From positions 85,125 through 149,124 of the IMG/VR virus record IMGVR_UViG_3300050120_000210: 64,000 nt of DNA; one strand, written 5' to 3'. Position 1 is the first letter of the stretch, and every line of letters starts with the position of its first letter. Of the stretch, positions 49,099 through 58,790 are shown piece after piece. The notes under the pieces are model-generated. The model saw nothing but the letters and a program-made list of their open reading frames with translations, had not been told where the DNA came from and did no database searches. The stretch is from a virus. Position numbers and translations under genes: made by a program.

Positions 49099-49553
49099 AT
49101 GAGCATAGTGGTGTCGTCCACGGGCAGCTTAATACAGCGCACTGGATCGACGTTGACTACGTTATGCCGCCATTGATCTGGTGGCACTCGTTCGCCGTTC
49201 CGAACGGTTGAGCGAGCCTTCAGGCCACCGAGCCGCGTCAATTCCAAGACTTTGCCGATTTCCAAGGCGTGCGTGTTGCTGGTCTTCACCGAATAGCACA
49301 CGTAGGAATCAACGACGATCTCGCGGCCGGTCATATCCATGACTGGAAGCACTTTTGGATCACCGAACTCGTCCAATTCTTCCAGTGCCGAGTAGTGCAG
49401 GTTGATTTCGGTTCCACTGTCGAGAGACAGGTAAATCTTGCCCCCACTTTCGTATTGGAATTTACCGAAGTTGCCCTTGTCTTTGCCGGTCGCCACGTAG
49501 AGACGTGGACGATCCTTGTTCTTCACGATACGCTTGAACTGCCACTGTTTCAT
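49056..49553 (-). CDS. hypothetical protein (SH3/KOW-like beta-rich)
   Basis: 165 aa coupled ORF; DMTGREI.V..YV.Y. Confidence 0.6.
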   Translation of the reverse strand: MKQWQFKRIVKNKDRPRLYVATGKDKGNFGKFQYESGGKIYLSLDSGTEINLHYSALEELDEFGDPKVLPVMDMTGREIVVDSYVCYSVKTSNTHALEIGKVLELTRLGGLKARSTVRNGERVPPDQWRHNVVNVDPVRCIKLPVDDTTMLMWLMQDFAELVKSK

Positions 49554-50074
49554 GAAAACTTCAGCTTCGCATTGATCGCATCCACGCTCGACTCGAACGT
49601 GATTATCATGGTCGTCTTGCCTTGGATGTGAAAGCGGTTACGGAGGTTGGCGATGCACCATTCCGACACGATTTCTTTGTCTTCACCGTTGCGGACTTCG
49701 ATTGTGTAGAACTCGCCATTTGCGTCGCGCTCCCACGTCTGCGCTTGCACGCTTTTCAGACGACTGAACTGACGATGCGTCAGGCGTTTGCCCTCATGGA
49801 ACGGAAGAACCATTTGAGTGCGGGCGCCGTAATCGGTTGGGTGCAGAAGACGGAACCGGTCATCGATTTTGGCGAAGAGAGATACTTTGAAATGATGGCG
49901 TGTGTAAGGAGCCGTGGGCTCCGGGTCTGGGTGCGATTGAAAGATCGCTCGATCCATGAATGAGAACCACAGTTGGCGAGGATCATACTTGCCGCGCATC
50001 ATCATGAAGTCGTCGCCGACCACATAGAAGTTACCCTGTTCCGGGGTCTTAGCTGCAAGCTTGGTGACGCGCAT
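49550..50074 (-). CDS. protein with paralog-family C-terminal domain
   Basis: VSEWCIANL...IITFESSVDAINAKLKF. Confidence 0.7.
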   Translation of the reverse strand: MRVTKLAAKTPEQGNFYVVGDDFMMMRGKYDPRQLWFSFMDRAIFQSHPDPEPTAPYTRHHFKVSLFAKIDDRFRLLHPTDYGARTQMVLPFHEGKRLTHRQFSRLKSVQAQTWERDANGEFYTIEVRNGEDKEIVSEWCIANLRNRFHIQGKTTMIITFESSVDAINAKLKFS

Positions 50075-50204
50075 GTGGTAAACGAAACCCTCTCAGTTCT
50101 GGACTTTACTCGAAGGGAATCGGTGGTGCAATAAACGAAAAGCTCGAAGCCATTTCTGACTTCGAGCTTCGTTATCCAGAGTAAGTGGACAGGGAGGGTC
50201 ACAC

Positions 50205-50621
50205 CTACTTATGTCGGGTTTTACCTAGTTCTAAGTGGTCTTTTTGGACCAACAAAGATCGAGCATCATAGGCCGACAGGCGACGCAAAAGCTCGTATTT
50301 GTCCCACTCGCGATCCCACTCGTCATTCGCGTCCGAAAGTTGCTGTTTTCCGTCACGCCCGAGTGGTTTTCTCTTCAAAGGAACCAATTTACTGGTCCAA
50401 ATGCTCAACAAAACGATTAGTTGTTCATTGAGGTTTGGGTACTGTTCGAGCGCCGTGATTGTCCGATCTTGCGAATAGGGCAAAACAAAAATCTTCTTGA
50501 ACGCGGTATCAGCTTCATCGGCCGTCATTCCGATGTCCAAGGCATCATGACGTGCCTTTAGCGAGCGGGCGAGCAGCAGAAGGGAATAGGGATCGAGGAT
50601 AATTTCGTTCAAGGTCCCCAC
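50205..50621 (-). CDS. hypothetical protein
   Basis: ORF in a co-directional run; start uncertain. Confidence 0.5.
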   Translation of the reverse strand: MGTLNEIILDPYSLLLLARSLKARHDALDIGMTADEADTAFKKIFVLPYSQDRTITALEQYPNLNEQLIVLLSIWTSKLVPLKRKPLGRDGKQQLSDANDEWDREWDKYELLRRLSAYDARSLLVQKDHLELGKTRHK

Positions 50622-50815
50622 CCATGTTCGGCCACGCGGTGTCGGCCGGACAAGAAGACCTCGGTGAACGCCTTGGCGTCGTCAAAACGCGCCATACGAA
50701 ATGCCTTGAGGCTATCGTAGCTCCAATCGATCTGACCTTTATCCAACACAAGATACATCGGGTGACTTTGCTCTGAATCTTCGTGCTCGATGCACCAACC
50801 GTTTTCCCAACCCAT
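50609..50815 (-). CDS. small hypothetical protein
   Basis: Coupled ORF; W..D...A.R.AR..DA....HR+AEH.W. Confidence 0.55.
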   Translation of the reverse strand: MGWENGWCIEHEDSEQSHPMYLVLDKGQIDWSYDSLKAFRMARFDDAKAFTEVFLSGRHRVAEHGWGP

Positions 50816-51144
50816 CAGTCGGTCATTTTCATGAACAAAAGTTCGCGAGCGAATTGACCTTCATCGTATATCGTGACGCTACCGGTGTTTCCGGCTTCTT
50901 GGCTCCGAGTCGTCGGCAAGACGTAGAACCATCCACTACCGGGGTGGCCAGACTGAAGCGATTGAATACCGTGGTGATGGTATTCCAGCATCAATTCCAT
51001 TCCAGCTTCCGATAACTTAAAGCGCGAAACCACATCGAAGATTGTCCGCGCCAGAGGCAAGGTCACGTCCTTATGCCTCCGCACCTGAGAGACGGCGCGG
51101 AGCAGAAGGTTGAACTCTTCCTCGGTTGGGACGTGAGTCCGCAT
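50815..51144 (-). CDS. hypothetical protein
   Basis: MRTHVPTEEEF..., TGATG coupling. Confidence 0.55.
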   Translation of the reverse strand: MRTHVPTEEEFNLLLRAVSQVRRHKDVTLPLARTIFDVVSRFKLSEAGMELMLEYHHHGIQSLQSGHPGSGWFYVLPTTRSQEAGNTGSVTIYDEGQFARELLFMKMTD

Positions 51145-52616
51145 CACATCGCGTTGAGGGCGATTTGGAGCATCAGGTTTTCCTTGAACCCACGCGAGTT
51201 CATGTCGAACGAGATGTGGTTCCAATCGCGGGCGTTCGAACGATAGAGGCCCGGCCCGATTTCCTTGAAGTCCATCGGCAGGAGGTGTTGGATGTCGAGC
51301 GGTTGATCCCACATCTTGCCGTGCTCTTTGAAGTAGCTCTTCGGTGTCACGTAGATGATCGTGCCGTGCACGGCGCCTTCGTAGTTGCCGCAGAAAATGA
51401 ACTCGCCCGGCTTGATCGTCTTCCGGTTCGCGTCCTTCTCGGCCTTCTTCATCTTGCGGATTTCCTTCGCGCGGAAGTTCCACACGCGGGGATGTTCCTC
51501 GCCTTCGCGATCCGCATCGACGACTTGCACGCCTTTGGGCACGAGTCGCTCACCGGCGTCGTTGACCGCGTAGGTCTCGACGGTCATCCCGGCCGCGACG
51601 AGGAACGCCACGGTTTCTTCGGCCTGCATCTGGCGAATGAAGGTGAACCAGCAGCCCACAGCGTTGTTGCGTTGGACGATGGCCGTATGGTTCAGGTCGA
51701 TTTCGTTAGTCAGGAGCAGCGCCCGCACTTCGGCGAGCTTCGACCCGGTGACTTCGACCTTGTGATAGATGGCGATGACGCCCTTCGTATCGACTTCGAG
51801 GTTTTCGTCGTCGGCGTCCGCATCCGGCTCTTTGGACAGGTCTTCGAACGCGCCGCGCAGTTCGTCCAGAAGAGGGTTCGACGCGTTGGCGATGGAATTG
51901 GCCAGCGTGGCGCCCGGCTTGTTGGGATCGTGCGGAACCTTCATCCGGTCCTCATAGGTGTCCCCTTCGCCCTCACGAGGCTCGTAGAGGCCCTTGACGG
52001 CCAAGACGGTGTCGATCTCGATGTTGCCGTCATCGTCGCGCACGGCCTTGATATCGGTGACGGTGGCAAGCGGGTTGCCGTGTTCGTCGGTCGTCTTCTT
52101 CGGCTTCTTGCGGTTCGGGTTCGGGCCGAAGGAGTCGCCGGAAATGTCTCCCTTCTTCTGAGCCTTGTTGAACTCTTTCTTGTCTTCTTCGTCCTTGGCC
52201 TTTTGCTCGTCGCTGCGTTTGTCCCAGCGATCATCGACATCGAGACCATGAACTTCTTCGATGGGACGAAGATCGGTCGCCTGTGCGGAATAGGGATCAG
52301 GCACGGCTTCGAGCAACATGTCTTCTTGCTTGCCCACGACGGCGTTGCGCTTCACGATGATGATGCCGAACTTCTCGATGAACGCGTCACGCGCGGTCGG
52401 CGTCGGGTGTTCGACCACGACCGGGGCTTTCTTGAAGCCTTGGAATTTGTCTTCGGTCAGCATGTCCATCAGCGAGGCTTGTTCGGCGCTCACGATGCCC
52501 AGCGTTTCGGCCGGAAACCGAGTGGTGTCGGTGGCCATCACGAAGTCTTCGAACTCGACCAGCGTATCGGCGGCGCCCACGATGGTAGTCAGCGATTCTT
52601 GAAATGCATAACGCAT
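51144..52616 (-). CDS. large acidic hypothetical protein
   Basis: 490 aa; GGAGG RBS. Confidence 0.75.
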   Translation of the reverse strand: MRYAFQESLTTIVGAADTLVEFEDFVMATDTTRFPAETLGIVSAEQASLMDMLTEDKFQGFKKAPVVVEHPTPTARDAFIEKFGIIIVKRNAVVGKQEDMLLEAVPDPYSAQATDLRPIEEVHGLDVDDRWDKRSDEQKAKDEEDKKEFNKAQKKGDISGDSFGPNPNRKKPKKTTDEHGNPLATVTDIKAVRDDDGNIEIDTVLAVKGLYEPREGEGDTYEDRMKVPHDPNKPGATLANSIANASNPLLDELRGAFEDLSKEPDADADDENLEVDTKGVIAIYHKVEVTGSKLAEVRALLLTNEIDLNHTAIVQRNNAVGCWFTFIRQMQAEETVAFLVAAGMTVETYAVNDAGERLVPKGVQVVDADREGEEHPRVWNFRAKEIRKMKKAEKDANRKTIKPGEFIFCGNYEGAVHGTIIYVTPKSYFKEHGKMWDQPLDIQHLLPMDFKEIGPGLYRSNARDWNHISFDMNSRGFKENLMLQIALNAM

Positions 52617-52618
52617 GG

Positions 52619-53035
52619 TCAGCCTCCGATAATTTCAAGGGCGAACGAATTGGGTTCGTTTACCAGATTGAGAATGTTCAGCCAATAGGAACCCGGCAGA
52701 ACTCCGATATTGATGCCCTCCGTCGCCGGGGCATCGGACAGCAAATCATAGACCACGACGATGCGCTTTTGCATCGCCGTGATGTTGAAGTTCGCATCGG
52801 CAGCCGGTGAGTCGATCACCGGGTTGCCGCCCTGTTGATTGCTGATCCATCCGCGCATGGAAAAGTCCTGCGGGCGGTGATCCGGGTCGGCGATCAGTTG
52901 GTTCATGGTCAGCACGATGTGACCACCGCTCGCGACGGTGAACGGGATCACGCCGAGTTGGCCGGACGGGATCGTGTCACGCACTGGGTCACCACCCGGC
53001 GTCGGAAGTTCGAAGGCGATCACTGTGTAGAGCAT
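52619..53035 (-). CDS. hypothetical beta-rich protein
   Basis: GAGG RBS, 138 aa. Confidence 0.6.
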   Translation of the reverse strand: MLYTVIAFELPTPGGDPVRDTIPSGQLGVIPFTVASGGHIVLTMNQLIADPDHRPQDFSMRGWISNQQGGNPVIDSPAADANFNITAMQKRIVVVYDLLSDAPATEGINIGVLPGSYWLNILNLVNEPNSFALEIIGG

Positions 53036-53625
53036 AGGGCCGCCTCTTCGTTCATGAACGCCACCACGTCGAACTCATCGAGCGACGGCGCCTCGTAGCT
53101 TCCGAGCATGTCTTGCACGACTTGGCGCGGGATCGTCTTACCCGTGGCCACGCCGCGCGCAAACAGGCGTTGATGCAGAATGGCCAGCGGCAGTTCGAAC
53201 ACGAGGGCGATGCGGACATAGTGCTTCGGCACCTGAGACATCCACCGATTGCGCGACTTCACGCGCATGTTGGTGCGGTCCACGATGATGTCCTTACGCT
53301 CGGCGACCGCCGTGCGAAGTTGTCCACCCATCACGCTTTCCAGCGCCTTCATGTCGATCCCGGCCGCATAGACTTCAGAGTAGGTCTTGCCTTCGGCTTG
53401 GCCCTTGGCTTCGATCTGATCGTCGCTGCTCAGCACAACGACATCCCGCGTGGTTTCGTCGAGGTGCTGCTTGATCCAAGTGCTCTTGCCCGTGCCCGGA
53501 GCCCCAACGGGGATAATGAGATTCGGACAGCGATCCATCACCCGTCCAATCGAAATCAGACGGTGTTCGATGACCGCACGTTCGCGCTCCGAAAGCGCCC
53601 CGATGATTTGTTCCACCGACTTCAC
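53020..53625 (-). CDS. P-loop kinase (AAA_33, polynucleotide-kinase-like)
   Basis: GAPGTGKST, SSD, VDRTN....R, R...R lid, P...E.FD. Confidence 0.8.
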   Translation of the reverse strand: MKSVEQIIGALSERERAVIEHRLISIGRVMDRCPNLIIPVGAPGTGKSTWIKQHLDETTRDVVVLSSDDQIEAKGQAEGKTYSEVYAAGIDMKALESVMGGQLRTAVAERKDIIVDRTNMRVKSRNRWMSQVPKHYVRIALVFELPLAILHQRLFARGVATGKTIPRQVVQDMLGSYEAPSLDEFDVVAFMNEEAALCSTQ

Positions 53626-54197
53626 GCGGCTTCTCCAAGAAATTGATCGATCTGCTCTGCCACGGAAGGGTCCAGCAGGACTTCGAAATGGTTTTGCGGG
53701 ACGGTGATGTATCGCGGGCCGGGCAGGGCCATTTGGCTCCGCACGGTGACAACCCCGTCCGTCCGTTCACCCATGACGCTCAGACCGGAGTCGGTCACGA
53801 ACGACAGGATTGGAATCTGCGGCGGATCATTCTGAAGCGCCGCAAGGATGGGGCTCTGCTGACTGATGTCCCGCATAAGCTGGGTGGGCATGAACCAGCG
53901 CATGACCGATGCCGCGAAACTTCCACCGAAGGGCGTTCCCATGGTGGCGATCTTGGCAACCGGCGAGACTTGGGCCACCGACGCGGCGATTACACCGCCG
54001 AGGCTGTGACCGATGATAATCGGCGGGACCGTGCACTTCGCGACTTCGGCGCGGAGGTAGGAGATGGTTTCGACCAGCGGAGTGATGCTCTCGTAGGAAA
54101 TATCCACTGCTTCATGCGGACGCAGTTGCCCCTTCAGCCAATTAAAGCTGAGAGAGGTGCTCGCTGCACCGTGTATGAACCAGATTTGAGGCTTCAC
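53622..54197 (-). CDS. alpha/beta hydrolase
   Basis: FIHG, GHSLGG, TPFGGS, DGVV...SQ, NHFEVL. Confidence 0.85.
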   Translation of the reverse strand: MKPQIWFIHGAASTSLSFNWLKGQLRPHEAVDISYESITPLVETISYLRAEVAKCTVPPIIIGHSLGGVIAASVAQVSPVAKIATMGTPFGGSFAASVMRWFMPTQLMRDISQQSPILAALQNDPPQIPILSFVTDSGLSVMGERTDGVVTVRSQMALPGPRYITVPQNHFEVLLDPSVAEQIDQFLGEAA

Positions 54198-54264
54198 GCT
54201 TCCCCGCCATAGTTGGACACTTACGAACCAAACTATGGTGGAATATCAATTTCGTCAACGAAAA

Positions 54265-54711
54265 TCAGTTGCCTTTGGCTGCGGCATTTCTCGCAGCATT
54301 CGTGGCTCGCTCCGTTGCGTCCCCTGCTCGTTTCGCAGCCGCGCTGGCGTTCTTCATCAGACCGTCGATGCTGGTGTCCACGCCCTTGAACAAGCCGTCC
54401 ATTGTGCGGTCGAAGTCCTTGAAGATCGTGTCCATGTCTTCGTCGAAAGTGGCGATGGCTTCGTCCATCATCTTCCGAGTTTCGTCGTCGAGTTCGGCGT
54501 CCGTCAAATGTACGGTCTCACCATTGCGAGTGAAGGTGAACGATCTGCTCGTGGTGGTCGCGCTACCTGATGGATTCGTGAATTTCTGATAGCTCGACGA
54601 GGACGAGTAGTTCGTCCCGGCGCCCATGATCGAGGCCATGCCTTCGAAAATCGAGGCGAGACCTTCACCGAGTGAAGCAAAGCCGGAACGGAAAGAGCGC
54701 AACATGGACAT
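54265..54711 (-). CDS. hypothetical amphipathic protein
   Basis: TTGACG-N17-CATATC promoter; 148 aa. Confidence 0.6.
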   Translation of the reverse strand: MSMLRSFRSGFASLGEGLASIFEGMASIMGAGTNYSSSSSYQKFTNPSGSATTTSRSFTFTRNGETVHLTDAELDDETRKMMDEAIATFDEDMDTIFKDFDRTMDGLFKGVDTSIDGLMKNASAAAKRAGDATERATNAARNAAAKGN

Positions 54712-54801
54712 TTGGAAGATATGGACCGATTTTGTTAGATCGTCAAGACCGCTAAGTAATTGAGTAATCGCGAAAAGTAAGGTCTACCCGTGAAGAAAAA
54801 C

Positions 54802-54948
54802 ATGACCAAAGCCATCTTTGTTATCCTTCACTTGCTTGCAATGATGGCGATCATGGCTGGGCTGAACTATTTCCAGATGCGAGCCATGCAGAAAGCTGCT
54901 CATCCGGCGCCGCATCACACCACGATCACAACGATTACCGCATCTTAA
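54802..54948 (+). CDS. 48-aa single-TM peptide (not in ORF track)
   Basis: MTKAIFVILHLLAMMAIMAGLNYFQMRAMQKAAHPAPHHTTITTITAS; TAAGTA upstream. Confidence 0.4.
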   Translation: MTKAIFVILHLLAMMAIMAGLNYFQMRAMQKAAHPAPHHTTITTITAS

Positions 54949-55663
54949 AGACCAACGCATCCTTGTCATTGGTGAAGAGCCAACCGTTCGACATTCGATA
55001 GACCGGATGGCTGCAATGGCCGACGATCCACGCCCACGTCGTCAAGTCTCCGAGCTTGCGAGGATTTGAAAACGTGATGTATCCGTTCGAATCAGGAACC
55101 GGCAGAGGGTCCTCGAACCAGATGCCTTTCACTTCCCCGGACGAGAGCGTCGGAATCTTCGTTTCGGCGAGGTCAAAATCGTAGAAAAATGTCCACTTGT
55201 AGTGATCGAGCCATGAGACGAAATGCTCACGCGTCTCTTCTGATCCGAACGCAGGGACTATCCCGATTCGGCTACGAAGCACGGCGCCGTAGTCCGTCAA
55301 ATCCGCCCCGTGCAATTCCACCCAGACCTTGTAGTGATGATGGTTGCAGGCATTGTCGTCGATCCTCATTTCTACGAGGAAGAGTTCATTGCAGAGATTG
55401 AACGTTTTGCCCTCCGGCATCTCGCCGCCGGGTCCGCCAAGAACAAGACCGGAAAGAGAGATAGCCTGTGACGAACCAATCGTCACAGTAGTGGCGTGGC
55501 CATATCCGAACCCCATGCCTCCGGCCACACCCATTCCGATGCCACCAGCGCCACCCGCGCCAACTATGCCGTGTATGATGCCGGTATTTCCGTTGAATAC
55601 TCCTCCCGTGGGATAAGGAACAGCGGCGGCAGTTAGATTGGGTTTGGTTATGGTCGTCTTCAT
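54935..55663 (-). CDS. Gly-rich N-terminus plus paralog-family C-terminus
   Basis: WAWIVGHC...WLFTNDKDALVFKMR. Confidence 0.65.
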   Translation of the reverse strand: MKTTITKPNLTAAAVPYPTGGVFNGNTGIIHGIVGAGGAGGIGMGVAGGMGFGYGHATTVTIGSSQAISLSGLVLGGPGGEMPEGKTFNLCNELFLVEMRIDDNACNHHHYKVWVELHGADLTDYGAVLRSRIGIVPAFGSEETREHFVSWLDHYKWTFFYDFDLAETKIPTLSSGEVKGIWFEDPLPVPDSNGYITFSNPRKLGDLTTWAWIVGHCSHPVYRMSNGWLFTNDKDALVFKMR

Positions 55664-55735
55664 GAAATACACCAAAGTATATCATAGACAGTATCGTGGG
55701 TCGTGGTATCATGTATATATTGAATTGGAGAACCC

Positions 55736-56893
55736 ATGGACCTGACCACGATCATCACCCCCGAACTGGCCCGCCTGCGCGGCGCCTTTGTCGCGGCTGG
55801 GTTTGATCTGCGTCTGGTCGGTGGTGTGGTTCGCGATCTGCTGCGCGACATCGACCCCAAAGATATCGACCTGTGCACGGACGCCAACCCCGACGAGCAG
55901 ATCGCGATCTACAAAGCCGGTGGCTTCAGCTACCACGAAACGGGTCTGCAACACGGCACCCTGACCGTGGTTCTGGATCACGAGCCCTACGAGATCACGA
56001 GCCTGCGAACCGAAAGCGACCACGATGGTCGCCATGCCGTCGTGGATTATACCCGCGATTGGCTGGCCGATCTGGGTCGCCGGGACCTGACCTTCAACGC
56101 CATGTCCCTGACATTCGATGGCGAACTGTTCGACCCGTTCGGCGGCGTCAAAGACCTACACAACGGCATCGTTCGCTTTGTCGGCAATCCCGATGATCGA
56201 ATGCAGGAAGACTATCTGCGTATCCTGCGTTGGCTGCGGTTCCATGGGCGGATCGCTCCGAACAGTCCGCTGGATAAAGCCACGGTCGAAGCGGCCATGC
56301 GGAACGCCAAAGGTCTGATCGGTATCTCCCGTGAACGAGTTTGGATGGAAATGTCCAAGATCGTCGTGGGGCGGGCGGCGCCCGCTCTGGTGGACTCCAT
56401 GTATGACATGGAACTGGCCGGGCCGATGGGACTGCCTGCGGGTCACGTTGAGCGAATGCTGGACATTCAGGGCGTCACTGCCAATCCAGTCACCGTCATG
56501 GCCGCACTGGTCATGGTGGACGATCCCGGCATCGACGCACACACCGTTTCCAAGCTGGCTACGGACTGGAAGTGGAGTGCGGCCGAGCGCGACCTGATCG
56601 TGTTTCTGGCCAAGAACTTCGATGTCAACGGTTCAGACTACATGTGGCTGCTGGCCCACGACGGCTACCCGCGCGAGTGGGTTGTTGAACTGGCCCGGCT
56701 GGGTGGATCAAAGGTCGTCGGCGATGGTCTGATGACCATGGACATCCCTGTGTTCCCGGTCGCCGGACAAGACCTGATCGACGCAGGTATGGCGCCGGGC
56801 AAGGAAATGGGTGTGGCTCTGAAGAACATGAAAGTTCGGTGGGCCACCAGCCGTTACACCCTGACCAAGGACGATCTGCTGGCCAATGGGTAA
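55736..56893 (+). CDS. cca: class II tRNA nucleotidyltransferase (CCA-adding enzyme)
   Basis: LVGGVVRD...DIDL, G..HGT, RRDLTFNAM, EDYLRILR, ISRER. Confidence 0.9.
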   Translation: MDLTTIITPELARLRGAFVAAGFDLRLVGGVVRDLLRDIDPKDIDLCTDANPDEQIAIYKAGGFSYHETGLQHGTLTVVLDHEPYEITSLRTESDHDGRHAVVDYTRDWLADLGRRDLTFNAMSLTFDGELFDPFGGVKDLHNGIVRFVGNPDDRMQEDYLRILRWLRFHGRIAPNSPLDKATVEAAMRNAKGLIGISRERVWMEMSKIVVGRAAPALVDSMYDMELAGPMGLPAGHVERMLDIQGVTANPVTVMAALVMVDDPGIDAHTVSKLATDWKWSAAERDLIVFLAKNFDVNGSDYMWLLAHDGYPREWVVELARLGGSKVVGDGLMTMDIPVFPVAGQDLIDAGMAPGKEMGVALKNMKVRWATSRYTLTKDDLLANG

Positions 56894-57107
56894 GTCTCAG
56901 GAGCAGGAAGAGTGTGATTCTCTGAACATGCTCTTCCTGCTCTTCGAGATAGACGCATACCTCTGGTACGGGGCGGCGAACCCGTCTCCCTACTATCTGT
57001 CTTGGAGGCGCGTCCGGCGCGGCAAACTATATCGCCGATGGTTCACGCGCGTCGAAAGCGCCGAACGCTACGCGAAGAAACACTTGTTCAAACCCCCGAC
57101 AGTTTGA
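56886..57107 (+). CDS. small hypothetical protein
   Basis: Coupled to the cca stop. Confidence 0.4.
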   Translation: MGKSQEQEECDSLNMLFLLFEIDAYLWYGAANPSPYYLSWRRVRRGKLYRRWFTRVESAERYAKKHLFKPPTV

Positions 57108-57423
57108 GCAGAGACGCGTCACGCATCCAGCGATCAAAACTGCCCCGACCATACCATTTGTCGTCAGTCATCATCGTATGATTGACCGGATCAAACGTCA
57201 TCTCTACGGCCCATTTGTCCGTATAGATCGCGTAGTAATACATGAGTATTCTAGCTTTGATATCGGCTGATCGCTCGGTGACGCGTTCGTATGTCAGTTC
57301 GATACCGAAGATTGTCTTCTTCGCAACGAAGGCATCCGTTATAGCCTTATCGGGCGAGGCTGATACGATAGCTTCGCCTAGATGGGTCATGAATAGATCA
57401 TTGTCCAGCACCCATCTATCCAT
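57088..57423 (-). CDS. hypothetical protein
   Basis: TGATG coupling; ends RDASLLKLS. Confidence 0.55.
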   Translation of the reverse strand: MDRWVLDNDLFMTHLGEAIVSASPDKAITDAFVAKKTIFGIELTYERVTERSADIKARILMYYYAIYTDKWAVEMTFDPVNHTMMTDDKWYGRGSFDRWMRDASLLKLSGV

Positions 57424-57692
57424 CAGAAATCCTCGTCGAACTTCCCAGCATTGAAACGATCAGCGACATCGCTTTGGGTCAAATCAGTGTAACCGCCGAC
57501 GCGGGCATCATCCACGAAAATCTGCGGAACAGTGCGCTGATTTCCTTCGAGACCGAAACGGTCATACATGGCCGCGCGCTCTTTTTCGTCATCGTAGACG
57601 AAAAGTTCAAAGGGGATATTGCGTTCGTTCAGCCATGCCTTGGCTTTTACGCAATAGGGGCAGTCGGTCTTGGAGTGAACATCAATCTTCAT
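57423..57692 (-). CDS. glutaredoxin
   Basis: CPYC, TVPQIF, GGYTDL. Confidence 0.9.
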   Translation of the reverse strand: MKIDVHSKTDCPYCVKAKAWLNERNIPFELFVYDDEKERAAMYDRFGLEGNQRTVPQIFVDDARVGGYTDLTQSDVADRFNAGKFDEDF

Positions 57693-58362
57693 CGTCGTTT
57701 TCTTCGGGGAGCCTTTCGAGTTGTTGCAGGATATCTGCCGCTTGACGGAGAAGGTATTTACGTTCGTGTGAACCTTCGATCTCGTCGCCCTCGGCTGCTG
57801 CGCGGATATCGCAGCAAAGATTTTCGAGCTTGCGATGGCGGGTGAGAAAATCATCCATGTCGAACACACCGGCATCCGCCGCCTCGGCAATAGCCTCCTT
57901 GAAAGGCTTGGGCTCCGGTGTTTGCAGGAAATGAATTGCCTTCTCGACGTGCGGAATTGCGGCATGGGCCGGACGCCAGATGCGATCCTCGCCCTGTCTC
58001 GTCATGGCATTGAGATAGCCAAGAAGTTCTTGGAGCGAGTCAATGATGAGATTCGCTTCGTCTTCCGGTTCCGGTTCCGGGGCGGAGATCATTTTGTAAC
58101 CCCAATGCTGATCGAGCTTTTGGAGTTTCCAATCCACACGCGCGTGAATTTCGTCCGTCTGAAACGTGCCCATGTTCAGGAGCAGAGACATGATCGCGTA
58201 GACATCACCGATCTCGTCGGTGGCGAGCGTGCGATTGTCTTTACCACTCGGATCATAGGGGTTTTTGCTGTCGAAGCCGAAGCGCCGAACCTTGGAAATG
58301 ATCTGAATGACTTCGGCACATTCTTCTTGAAGAAGGCCGAGCAGTTCGAGTTCGTTATTCAT
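57682..58362 (-). CDS. MazG-like NTP pyrophosphohydrolase with C-terminal extension
   Basis: LQEECAEVIQ...DEIGDV (ExxE...ExxD). Confidence 0.75.
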   Translation of the reverse strand: MNNELELLGLLQEECAEVIQIISKVRRFGFDSKNPYDPSGKDNRTLATDEIGDVYAIMSLLLNMGTFQTDEIHARVDWKLQKLDQHWGYKMISAPEPEPEDEANLIIDSLQELLGYLNAMTRQGEDRIWRPAHAAIPHVEKAIHFLQTPEPKPFKEAIAEAADAGVFDMDDFLTRHRKLENLCCDIRAAAEGDEIEGSHERKYLLRQAADILQQLERLPEENDDED

Positions 58363-58786
58363 CGAAGGATTGCCTAGCGGCGGTGTTCCACTTGCGGGAG
58401 CGCCATTTTGAATTGCGGGGAATTGCGTCACTGTTGAAAATATCCTGCACGGCGCTGGTCAGGGCCGAACCTTCTTTCGCGGTGAGCACTTGCCGCGAAT
58501 TACCAAGCCCCGCGTTTCGCGGGTTGCAGCATGACCAGCAAGAACAACGCTTCGGATTGTCACGGTTTTTCTTGGCCATATGATCGAGGTAGCACACGTA
58601 ATGGTAACGCGTGTCTACACGAACATCGATTGTTTCCGTAACGCTGTTCTTCTTTTCGTAAGTAAACCCGTACCCTCGACCACTATCGAGGCCCCAACCC
58701 CAAGTGTGGAGCGTGAATTGCGTCTGACGAAGATAGCGAACTTTCAGGTCGCCTTTCCATCGCCGCCACGCACGCCCCCTACACAC
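58355..58786 (-). CDS. basic Cys-motif hypothetical protein
   Basis: CSCWSCCNPR; GTG 4 nt after the rIIB stop. Confidence 0.55.
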   Translation of the reverse strand: MCRGRAWRRWKGDLKVRYLRQTQFTLHTWGWGLDSGRGYGFTYEKKNSVTETIDVRVDTRYHYVCYLDHMAKKNRDNPKRCSCWSCCNPRNAGLGNSRQVLTAKEGSALTSAVQDIFNSDAIPRNSKWRSRKWNTAARQSFDE

Positions 58787-58790
58787 CGGT

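Noticed and set aside
55736-56893. Poly(A) polymerase identity
   Set aside because: Lacks the PAP-specific [LIV][LIV]G[RK][RK]F signature and has G..HGT plus EDxxR typical of CCA-adding enzymes
57755-57760. TAAATA upstream of glutaredoxin
   Set aside because: Lies inside the coding sequence of the MazG-like gene and may be incidental
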